Virus record (IMG/VR): IMGVR_UViG_3300038679_000357
Location: 191,143 to 255,142 of that record
Direction: 5' to 3' (one strand)
DNA: 64,000 nt
DNA from: a virus
Lineage: Duplodnaviria; Caudoviricetes
The position numbers and the translations under genes were made by a program. Each line of letters opens with the position of its first letter. Within the stretch, counting starts at the first letter, position 1. Shown piece after piece: positions 20,592 to 29,052 of this stretch. Under the pieces are notes generated by a model. The model did not search any database, was not told the origin of the DNA, and worked only from the letters and a program-made list of their open reading frames with translations.

Positions 20592-22280
20592 CTACTCCTT
20601 GTTATGTGTATGAGTCTTCGGACGACCAGGCTCATAGAACCGGTAATACATTTCGATCCTCCTAATAACCTCATCGGCAGTGATCATATCCATGCAAAAC
20701 GGTAACTCCACACCTTCTACTGAGTTGACAACGTATTCGCACATATTCTTACGATCCTTCTCATCATTATCACCAATAGGCTTAATTCTGCTCTTCCAAC
20801 ATCCTCCATTGTCACAGCAAGGAAGAGATCCGCACGTATGGATAAATTGATGTGAGGTATAAGCCTGCCAATGAGAAGGCTCTCGCCCGCCAGCGATAAC
20901 AACACATGGTCTATCTCGCCTACCATTACATGTACCCTGCTTAACTGGAACAGCGGCAGCTAATGTCATAGGATAACTACATGGGGTCAAAACACCAGAA
21001 GACGCCCACACCAATCGGATCAATTGACGGTCATCAGTTTTACCGACAAGATTTATTGTACCATTCAACTCTGGATGATTATGGGATTTATGTCCCATTT
21101 GAACGAACACAACTCTTCCAGCAAAATGATCAATAACTTTCTGATACCGTTCAACTGGCCACATTTTTGCAGTAAAATCATTTTTAAAACCAGCATTAAG
21201 AATCCAATAATGTACATCAGCGGCATAGCCAAACTGAGAAAACCAAGTATTTCTCTCTGTCCATCCCCATCCATCTTCGTTCGAGCCGATAACAATATGA
21301 CCTCGACATAACCTATTTCTTATCCTGACGCCAAGAAGGGTTTCAAAATGATCTGTGAACCCCTCAGAAAAGTGATATGGTCCCTGATTACTTTGATTAA
21401 TCAATGGATATTCAGCACTATACACCTCAACACCAGGTTCTTTTTCATCTAGCTTCGTGATATATGGATTCGATTCCCATATACCCATAGAATTGGTGCG
21501 AACGTCTGTAATAAACTTTCCGGGATGATTCAAATGAAGATCGCGAATTGCCGCAGTCATCATAACGATATCACCAGGCGCTTGAAAATTCTTAAAAATA
21601 ACCTTCCTTTTATCGGAGCCAGACGAAGATACGATAGAGGTAGATTCCACCACTTTTTTAGGAGTATCTACAGATGGGACGGCTTTCTCCCTCTGTTTTC
21701 TAAACTTTTCAAGAGCTGCCTTTCTTCTTTCCTCAATAGACGGCGGATGAGGAACTAAATCTGACGAACGTGTCTCAATAACTTTTTTTTCTTCAGGCTC
21801 TACTACCTTATTTTCAATCAAAGCCGGTTCAGTTGACTTATCTACAGTTGGAAGTTTATCCTTTTTAGGCGGAATATCAGGTATGTCAATTTCACGCTGT
21901 TCATAAACCTGCTGTTCTACGACGTTGGTAAACAAATTTATCCACGACTTTAGCGCCCCATGAGAAATCCACTCTCTTCCACCTATATACTTAGACACAA
22001 CTGACTTACGATCATCTGGAAGAGACTTAAACTCAGATACAAACAAGCTTAAAATAGAGGGGTATTTTGAATTAATATAACACGACGGACACCCTCCTGA
22101 TGGAACATTTTTTTCAGCCGTCGAGCACAACTCTTTTGTCTCAGTAAAATTTTCAGACACTATTTGGTCTGTGTCAATCTTTTTTATTATATCCAACGCT
22201 ACAGACGCTGGAGTAAGAATAGATTGAGGTTGCTTGCGGTTAACTAGCGTACTGATCTTTTTAAGCATATGAATCACCAT
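20592..22280 (-). CDS. GT9-family (ADP-heptose heptosyltransferase-like) glycosyltransferase with ~220-aa N-terminal extension and Cys-rich finger
   Basis: FQAPGDIVMMTAAIRDL, NLVGKTDDRQLIRLV, C-terminal C...CC...GCW...C...CMDMITADEV. Confidence 0.8.
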   Translation of the reverse strand: MVIHMLKKISTLVNRKQPQSILTPASVALDIIKKIDTDQIVSENFTETKELCSTAEKNVPSGGCPSCYINSKYPSILSLFVSEFKSLPDDRKSVVSKYIGGREWISHGALKSWINLFTNVVEQQVYEQREIDIPDIPPKKDKLPTVDKSTEPALIENKVVEPEEKKVIETRSSDLVPHPPSIEERRKAALEKFRKQREKAVPSVDTPKKVVESTSIVSSSGSDKRKVIFKNFQAPGDIVMMTAAIRDLHLNHPGKFITDVRTNSMGIWESNPYITKLDEKEPGVEVYSAEYPLINQSNQGPYHFSEGFTDHFETLLGVRIRNRLCRGHIVIGSNEDGWGWTERNTWFSQFGYAADVHYWILNAGFKNDFTAKMWPVERYQKVIDHFAGRVVFVQMGHKSHNHPELNGTINLVGKTDDRQLIRLVWASSGVLTPCSYPMTLAAAVPVKQGTCNGRRDRPCVVIAGGREPSHWQAYTSHQFIHTCGSLPCCDNGGCWKSRIKPIGDNDEKDRKNMCEYVVNSVEGVELPFCMDMITADEVIRRIEMYYRFYEPGRPKTHTHNKE

Positions 22281-22297
22281 TTTTTAGCAATGACAAC

Positions 22298-22309
22298 ATT
22301 ATACAACAC
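22298..22309 (-). promoter_or_regulatory. Extended -10-like motif GTGTTGTATAAT upstream of the glycosyltransferase block
   Basis: Perfect TATAAT preceded by TGTTG, about 18 nt upstream of the 22280 start. Confidence 0.55.
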
Positions 22310-22323
22310 CACAACAAAATTAA

Positions 22324-22782
22324 TCAAGGAGATGTAGAGGAGCTAGAGCTACTTGAAGAGCTAGAGCTACTTGAAGAGCTACTGAATGTCAACCAACACC
22401 TAATGTACTCTACGTTCAAATATTTTGACGAAGAGCTACTTTGGCTAGAAGATGATATGCTCGAACTGCTTTCACTGGAAGACGACATACTTGAGCTTGA
22501 TTTTGAAGACGAACTGGATCTTCCGTCAATTACAGCGCCAACTTGAACTTCTGAAATACGATTTTCAACATATTTACGGGCTCCAGAAAAATGAAGTTCA
22601 TCTTTAGCTCCATCAAGATCATTCCATGGTCCGTCTCCATTAAATCTAATATGATGAGTAATAAGCGAAGTGGGGTCGATTCCGATAGGATATCGGTCAG
22701 TCGGCAATGAAGATACCACCCCAGTTGCCGACACATCGATCAGCGGGGTAAAAACAAAAACATTCCATGGACCGACTATCAT
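22324..22782 (-). CDS. Small Ser-rich virion-type protein with two poly-Ser tracts
   Basis: 152 aa, about one third Ser, C-terminal S16; translation checked against the DNA. Confidence 0.6.
   Translation of the reverse strand: MIVGPWNVFVFTPLIDVSATGVVSSLPTDRYPIGIDPTSLITHHIRFNGDGPWNDLDGAKDELHFSGARKYVENRISEVQVGAVIDGRSSSSSKSSSSMSSSSESSSSISSSSQSSSSSKYLNVEYIRCWLTFSSSSSSSSSSSSSSSSTSP
22340..22375. repeat. 18-bp tandem duplication encoding Ser6
   Basis: GAGCTAGAGCTACTTGAA x2 (22340-22357, 22358-22375). Confidence 0.85.
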
Positions 22783-22822
22783 TGGAAGGGCACCCTGTTA
22801 AATTAACGAGGAATGAAACCAA

Positions 22823-23818
22823 TTAACTTTCATCACTCTTCCGCTTTCTAGGCGACTCTCTCTTCGTATTCTCAGATAAATATTCAAGAATTGCCTCACC
22901 TTCGGTCTTCCCTTCGTCACGCTTTTTTGCAATTTCATCCCAATATTCAGACATCATATATTGCGAAGTTGAATATTCGGATTTTTTAATGAGCGACTCC
23001 CTTGAGGAAGAAGCTGTAGGCATCTTGTCTAAACTTGGTTGATTATTCCCTGGAGGTTGTGGGGTTGGAGGAACAATCAATCGTCCAGCTCTTGGTCCAT
23101 AAACTTCATAGAGATCATATCCAAGAATACCATTAACGTTAAAGGAGCGAAAATCTCCAAAAGCATGAGAACATTGTCCAACAATCAATGTTCTTCCGTT
23201 TTTTCCCGGCTTTAATTCATACGGAGAAAGAGGAAGCATATAATATGAAGAAACATTACCGTTTGGAAGTTCATAATCAAAGGCAATTGCCAAATTGTAC
23301 TTGTTGGCTATCGGAACAAGATCTATTACCGCCATATTGAGCATAAGATCAGGCATCGGATTTGACATTTGTTTCGGCGGAGATTGTTTGGGTGCAGGTT
23401 CAAACTTATCCTTAGATTCGTCTATTGGCAAAATGTCAGGAACATCATCCAGATACCCCTCATTCAGCACCTCATCATCTGACAATTGCGCCATTATCAA
23501 TCTCGAACCTGGTATGATCCCGTTTCTCGCAAAAAAACCAGAATTTGCTTCAACCGCATACAACACCGGTTCAGAACTGACAACTGATTTTACCGAATAG
23601 GGATGCAGAGGAAGAATCTCAGAAATTACCTTGTCTTCCCGAACGTAGGCAATGTCGAGTGGAATCCTTGTGTCTTTCATCCAAAACGAAAGCTTTCGAG
23701 GGGACGAGAAAGTGAAAACCATCCCGGAATTCATCCCAAGACAGTCACGATGCATCAACCCAAGTGACCTGGAATAGTCATTGGCGGCGGATTCAGCGTA
23801 TAATCTTACCCTTGCCAT
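22823..23818 (-). CDS. DUF192 (UPF0127) domain fused to a WYL-like domain
   Basis: GLMHR..L....GMVF.F......FWMKDTRIPLDIAY...AVEANSG (DUF192); then IAFDY...PYEL......LIVGQC.....FRSFNVNGI (WYL-like). Confidence 0.7.
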   Translation of the reverse strand: MARVRLYAESAANDYSRSLGLMHRDCLGMNSGMVFTFSSPRKLSFWMKDTRIPLDIAYVREDKVISEILPLHPYSVKSVVSSEPVLYAVEANSGFFARNGIIPGSRLIMAQLSDDEVLNEGYLDDVPDILPIDESKDKFEPAPKQSPPKQMSNPMPDLMLNMAVIDLVPIANKYNLAIAFDYELPNGNVSSYYMLPLSPYELKPGKNGRTLIVGQCSHAFGDFRSFNVNGILGYDLYEVYGPRAGRLIVPPTPQPPGNNQPSLDKMPTASSSRESLIKKSEYSTSQYMMSEYWDEIAKKRDEGKTEGEAILEYLSENTKRESPRKRKSDES

Positions 23819-24288
23819 TACGTCTTTTTCTTCCCCAAGGCAAAACGCATTTTGCCTATTTTTTCACTATCAGCCAAAATCTGTCCATATGGCTTGTGTA
23901 CGCGCTTGGACTCAAAGGCGTTTTCTTCATTCAAAACGATCGTTTTTATTACTTGTTTTGCACGCTGAGTAAACTTAACTTTTCTAGTATCTTCACCAAC
24001 AACTAATCCAAGCGTCTTCAGTCTCAATACATCACTATTCGACACGGTATCCGGAAGATCCAGCGTATCGCCCATCGACTCTCCGCTCTCTCTCCATACG
24101 CGAAACAAAAGAGAAGCCTCACTATCGCTTAACTTTATATTCTTTTTGGCGGCATCACTTTTTATAATGCCACCGAGAATAGATACATCAATTCCAGAAT
24201 GAATGTCTTCTGGGGAAGAGGGAGTCTCAGCTTGTTGACGTGCAGGATAACCAATTGGAATGATCGGTGATGGCATATTATTCCTCAA
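23818..24288 (-). CDS. Hypothetical protein (possible winged-helix segment)
   Basis: 156-aa coupled ORF; VLRLKTLGLV...VKFTQRAK. Confidence 0.6.
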   Translation of the reverse strand: MRNNMPSPIIPIGYPARQQAETPSSPEDIHSGIDVSILGGIIKSDAAKKNIKLSDSEASLLFRVWRESGESMGDTLDLPDTVSNSDVLRLKTLGLVVGEDTRKVKFTQRAKQVIKTIVLNEENAFESKRVHKPYGQILADSEKIGKMRFALGKKKT

Positions 24289-26641
24289 ACAATTCGGGAT
24301 TCTCGTCTTTCGCCTTTCTCCAGATATCTTTCAAGCCGGAAAGGTTATACTCCTCCAACATCGACTCTCCATTATCATACCTGGATATTTTCACGTACTC
24401 ATAAGCCAACCGCAACTGAGTAATATTTCCTGTGAAAACACTACCAGAATGTTCTAACATAGCCTCCATAAGCTCTGGAACGATCGTATATCCTCGAAGA
24501 GCCATAATAATAGCTCTAGTAATGATCAATGGATTTCTTGGGATGATTTCTCCAGGTTGGAATATAGTTTTCACAACCTTTGACTTGGCATCCTCAATCC
24601 CCATGCCAGTGATATCGTATATCTTCCCCTTAACAAAATCATAAAGTAGACTATTAGCCGTAAAATCACGAGCATATATGTCGTAGTTTAATGACGTGAC
24701 CTGCACTCCATTTTTTCTCATAAGGTCACGAACATCAACGGGAACAAAATTTCCGCGAAAATCCATTTTCATCCCGTCATAAGAAAAGCTCATCGTCATT
24801 GTTCTTAATAGAACACTCATATCAGTGGCATTTAACTCTTCGGCAAGAAGTCCACCCATTTTTAAACATTCTGTTGGATTTCCAGAGGTAAAATCGATAT
24901 CGTTAACTTCCCTATAATCACCACTGCCAATCATTGTCCTTGGCAATCCACCAACCGCATACACAGAGTTTATCCCGTGCTCGCGACAAACCGTCTTGGC
25001 AACCGTTAAAATATATGAGATCTGGTCAGAAATGCGTGCTGAAGTTCCCATAATCTCATCCACGGAATCTGAATCACCTATAATGATTGCCTTTTCCATA
25101 TTGATAATTGCTTTTTCATCTACATGAGGTGAAACAAGCCATATAGCATCATGATCTCCATGCTCAAACTTGTAAACCCTCATATCGGAACAAGCTCGCT
25201 CTATGGCGTCAGACATATACGAAAAGCAATACATTCTCACTGCCGGGCGCTTTCCAGACTTTACCTGAAACTTGTAGAAGCCTATTTTTCTCATGGACTC
25301 AAGGATGATGTTTTTTGTTTTATCATCAGCCTCTATTGCTGCAGCCTTCCTCCATGGACCGGTAACAATATCCTCACGATATAGAGAACTCCATGTCATT
25401 GGATTGTTATTACAGTAATCAATCATTGTAAAGTTCACGTCATACTGATATGACATACGACCAAAACGATCGGTTTGATAACTGACATTTTCCGGACGAT
25501 ATCGTTTATGCCAATAAGGATCTTCACCTTCTTTGTAGTCAATCCTATCTACAATATCTCGACCATCCATTACGCGAGGAATTGCCTCGTCAATTGCGTA
25601 AAACGGTCCACCAATATTTGGTCCACCAAGGTTAGAGTTGATTCCAGCAGTTTTTCGTACTGGTCGTATGATCGGACGAGGTCTGGCATTTTCCAATAAC
25701 TCCTGTAAGGTCATCCTCTTAACCTCGTCGTCGGTGTAATCGGCAGACAATCCATCAGCCACAGAAAAATCAGGCGGAAGAGGCTTATGATGGTTTTTTT
25801 GTAATATCGTCTCCATACTGTCATTAGGCTTCTTATCAACAGGGAAAAACATGTTGTCAAAATCACTAAAAGATTGCAGCATTGCCTCTGGAAGAACAGC
25901 GTCCAAAAATGGAACGATTTGAGCCTTCTTTATCGGCATCTTAGACGAAGCATTATATATTTCACTACCCATTTCAAATGGAATGCGACCTTGTGACTTT
26001 CTTGTGGAGTTCAGTTCGCCTATTTTTTCATTTGTCCACTTTTTTTGTGCCTGAATTGGAGCAGACTCGTCTTTTGCTCCAAGAGCGTGAACCGACTCAT
26101 GAACAATCGTAGATCCCAAATGAAGAGCCACGAGAAGGTCAAAATCAGATTGATCCAGTGGTTTATATTCACTTCCAGATATCTGCTTGGATAAATCCTG
26201 AAAATTCTTTTTCGCAATATCGAGAATCTTAGCAGCATTTATTCCGATAACAAGACCACCTTTCAAGTCAAGATTACCATACATCTTATCCATTTCGTCA
26301 CGAACCTGATCTGGGTTTTTATCATCAGACCAAGCATACAGGCTACCATTTTCATAGCGAACACTGTACCCCATCTTTTTAAGTTCAGCCTCAACAATTT
26401 TGACTTTAACGGATCGATCTATGTTTGGATCAAAAACTCCAAAAGCACCAGACTCAGAAGAATTATATATATAAGCAATATTGGTTAAATTTCCGCCAAA
26501 CGACGAACTTCTCACCATATCGAGAGCTGTCCCAGCCTGTGATAAAACAGAGGCAATTTCGCCAATATCAACTTTTGATGGCGAACCTATGTTTCCTTCG
26601 ATAGAAGGTACGATCCTATCTATTTCACCGGGCTGATACAT
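24278..26641 (-). CDS. Multidomain protein: HExxH (zincin-like) region plus C-terminal class II nucleotidyltransferase (CCA-adding/poly(A) polymerase family)
   Basis: HESVH at 26087-26101; VYAVGGLPRT...NDIDF, MDFR, ARDFTANSLLYD, KIYDITG.GIED, and RNPLIITRAI in the motif D position. Confidence 0.8.
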   Translation of the reverse strand: MYQPGEIDRIVPSIEGNIGSPSKVDIGEIASVLSQAGTALDMVRSSSFGGNLTNIAYIYNSSESGAFGVFDPNIDRSVKVKIVEAELKKMGYSVRYENGSLYAWSDDKNPDQVRDEMDKMYGNLDLKGGLVIGINAAKILDIAKKNFQDLSKQISGSEYKPLDQSDFDLLVALHLGSTIVHESVHALGAKDESAPIQAQKKWTNEKIGELNSTRKSQGRIPFEMGSEIYNASSKMPIKKAQIVPFLDAVLPEAMLQSFSDFDNMFFPVDKKPNDSMETILQKNHHKPLPPDFSVADGLSADYTDDEVKRMTLQELLENARPRPIIRPVRKTAGINSNLGGPNIGGPFYAIDEAIPRVMDGRDIVDRIDYKEGEDPYWHKRYRPENVSYQTDRFGRMSYQYDVNFTMIDYCNNNPMTWSSLYREDIVTGPWRKAAAIEADDKTKNIILESMRKIGFYKFQVKSGKRPAVRMYCFSYMSDAIERACSDMRVYKFEHGDHDAIWLVSPHVDEKAIINMEKAIIIGDSDSVDEIMGTSARISDQISYILTVAKTVCREHGINSVYAVGGLPRTMIGSGDYREVNDIDFTSGNPTECLKMGGLLAEELNATDMSVLLRTMTMSFSYDGMKMDFRGNFVPVDVRDLMRKNGVQVTSLNYDIYARDFTANSLLYDFVKGKIYDITGMGIEDAKSKVVKTIFQPGEIIPRNPLIITRAIIMALRGYTIVPELMEAMLEHSGSVFTGNITQLRLAYEYVKISRYDNGESMLEEYNLSGLKDIWRKAKDENPELFEE

Positions 26642-27230
26642 CTTTTACTCTTGTTGGAGTTTTAGTTGGTGTCGCAGAAGGAGATTCTTTTTCCTCATCT
26701 TTTTCTTTCTTTTTTACACCAAGAGAAAAATCATTATTGACGAGATTTGCTCCAGTAGGAACGTCAATATCAACGTATTCAATATCAGCAGCACTCCTGC
26801 CTTCATCACTAGTTTCTTGCGGAGGTTCGTTTAGCACCAAATCTTCATCATCTTCTTCAACCGTATATACATCTTTATGCGATTCAAGCCAATCACTTAA
26901 TACCTTGGTCTCCTTTACGTCAAGAGCAGAGATTGTTTCCCATCCAGACCCCAAAGATTTACCTACATTTTTATCAACCATTTCCGTAAAAAATGAAAAA
27001 TCTCCAAGCTCAGATATATGTTTTCCGTCTGGACTTTGATGATCAATTATCATTTTCTTTTCTTCTTTATCTACCAAAAACTTAGTAAGATATTCTACCG
27101 ATATGACAACGGTATTTCCACCAGAATCATCGCCGCCAGAATTATCGTCACTAGACTGGGAAATCTTGACTGGTCTTTTAACAGAAATTAGTTTCCACCT
27201 ATCATTTTCCAAAACTTCATACAGTCTCAT
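26625..27230 (-). CDS. Hypothetical acidic protein
   Basis: 201-aa ORF with overlapping start/stop. Confidence 0.65.
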   Translation of the reverse strand: MRLYEVLENDRWKLISVKRPVKISQSSDDNSGGDDSGGNTVVISVEYLTKFLVDKEEKKMIIDHQSPDGKHISELGDFSFFTEMVDKNVGKSLGSGWETISALDVKETKVLSDWLESHKDVYTVEEDDEDLVLNEPPQETSDEGRSAADIEYVDIDVPTGANLVNNDFSLGVKKKEKDEEKESPSATPTKTPTRVKDVSAR

Positions 27231-28248
27231 GTTTCATCTCCGTCATTAATTGATTCACATATTCAGAAGGAATAGCGGCATTTAACCCATAATTTCCAGT
27301 TGGCTGAACAATCATAGCTGCCACGCCAATAACAACGCCATCCAACACATCAATTATCGGACCGCCAGAACTACCAGGATATACCGCTAAATCGACAAAG
27401 AAATACGACCCCACACTGTCAGTGCCAACACTTCTTCCGATAGATGAGATCATCCCTCTTGAAACATTATTGTCATAGCCATACGGACTTCCTACGCATA
27501 AAATATCAGCACCAGTTTTCATCGCGGAAATCCCCTTCATACCAAGATAGGTGTGTTTTACTGTCTCACACGACATCAACGCCAGATCACGATCGTAATC
27601 TACTTCAATTGGTATAACACGATGACGTCGACCAGATTCAACAAGATAACATGAGACTGACTTAGGATCTTCCTGCCTGCGACTTATTACATGAGCACAT
27701 GTGACAAACAATGTTTCGTCTATAGCAAAACATGATCCGATTTCCATCTTACCATATTTCGACGATTCGCATTCCATTTTGAAGCAAGCCGACATAACGT
27801 CGGCAATCACCGGAATAATATCTTGTTTTTCTCCAGAAGAAGCCTGCCGATCAGGTTTCCTACCACGCCTAGTCATCATAATGTATCTTTTTTTAGACCA
27901 GTCTTTCATTACCTTTTCGTAATCTGAGTCGGGGTAAACATGTTCTTTGTGTTCTACATCAAGAACAATTATCTCAGTTGAATAATTAATGTCTCGATCA
28001 CCACTCTCGATTTCAGTTTCATTTCTGAAAAAACCACCGACAGCGTGAGACACTCCATCCGGCTCTACTCCAATGAATTTATGGTCTCCCCCCATATTGG
28101 AGTCAAAGGTGGTCCGTTCCTTATCCCCAGGTCCACCGCCATACCAAGGAGATTGTTTTGACTTGTCGGTGACAGGAGACAACCCACCATCGAACGGCAT
28201 TGTTGTTCGATGAGCTGCTATTTTATCGGTTATCTTCCTGATTTTCAT
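27217..28248 (-). CDS. Trypsin-like (S1/HtrA-type) serine protease with N-terminal extension, no PDZ
   Basis: Intact triad TCAHV / DRDLAL / YPGSSGGP. Confidence 0.85.
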   Translation of the reverse strand: MKIRKITDKIAAHRTTMPFDGGLSPVTDKSKQSPWYGGGPGDKERTTFDSNMGGDHKFIGVEPDGVSHAVGGFFRNETEIESGDRDINYSTEIIVLDVEHKEHVYPDSDYEKVMKDWSKKRYIMMTRRGRKPDRQASSGEKQDIIPVIADVMSACFKMECESSKYGKMEIGSCFAIDETLFVTCAHVISRRQEDPKSVSCYLVESGRRHRVIPIEVDYDRDLALMSCETVKHTYLGMKGISAMKTGADILCVGSPYGYDNNVSRGMISSIGRSVGTDSVGSYFFVDLAVYPGSSGGPIIDVLDGVVIGVAAMIVQPTGNYGLNAAIPSEYVNQLMTEMKHETV

Positions 28249-28254
28249 TTTTCC

Positions 28255-28632
28255 TCATTCAATATCAACAAATACTGCTGGGTCAAAACTAGGTCCATCG
28301 TTATTTTTTAGAACTCTCACACCATCAAGAATCTCGTACTCATCTTCATTATTTGGCGTATAGACTTCATATTCATTAACGGTAGCCAATTTCTTTCCGG
28401 GAACGACTTCTTGCTTAGGACTTAAATCAACGTCAAGAACGCTATCGCAAGGAGTTTTATCTACCTTTTTCTGTTCCAGACATCCTGTATCAACCTTCAA
28501 AACCCCCCCTGCGATAGCTGCTCCGATTTCGGTGGTCTCCAAAGATGGAACGTAAATCGTACCATTTTTTTGAACAACCGATCCGTTCTGTAAGCAAATT
28601 TTATAATTACTTACGTTCCTCAACAGGGGCAT
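28255..28632 (-). CDS. Hypothetical head-region protein
   Basis: 125-aa ORF in the operon. Confidence 0.6.
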   Translation of the reverse strand: MPLLRNVSNYKICLQNGSVVQKNGTIYVPSLETTEIGAAIAGGVLKVDTGCLEQKKVDKTPCDSVLDVDLSPKQEVVPGKKLATVNEYEVYTPNNEDEYEILDGVRVLKNNDGPSFDPAVFVDIE

Positions 28633-28640
28633 ATCAACTC

Positions 28641-29036
28641 CTACTTTTTACCATTCGCTGGCTTATATTTTCCAGGTTCTTTTCGATCTGCATCAAGAGG
28701 ATGAACTTTCGGAGCTTCTCCACTAGCCGCCGTGCGATGAGCCTTTCCAAAAACAGGCTTTTCATCGTCAAGACGCTTTTCAACGAGAGCATCCCTCGTG
28801 CCTTCACGAAGTTTTTCAAGCTGCTTTTCAGTAGTAACGTTAGCACCACCAGTGCGGTCAGACTCAAGTCCTTTTTCGGTGATACTTTGTTTTCCTGATG
28901 ATGGAGCATTCTCCCTCAACATGTTTTCAAGAGACTTCACTTTTTCCTCGCGCTTTTTAGCTGCTTCAACATGTCTTGCATTGTACATTTTATGTTCTCC
29001 TACGTTATCGAACATTATACATCGGATCTCGCCCAT
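28641..29036 (-). CDS. Hypothetical charged protein with short (T/V)EKxL repeats (scaffold-like)
   Basis: ITEKGL / TTEKQL / LVEKRL and an HRTAAS motif; directly downstream of terL. Confidence 0.6.
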   Translation of the reverse strand: MGEIRCIMFDNVGEHKMYNARHVEAAKKREEKVKSLENMLRENAPSSGKQSITEKGLESDRTGGANVTTEKQLEKLREGTRDALVEKRLDDEKPVFGKAHRTAASGEAPKVHPLDADRKEPGKYKPANGKK

Positions 29037-29052
29037 ATATTCTGATTAACCA

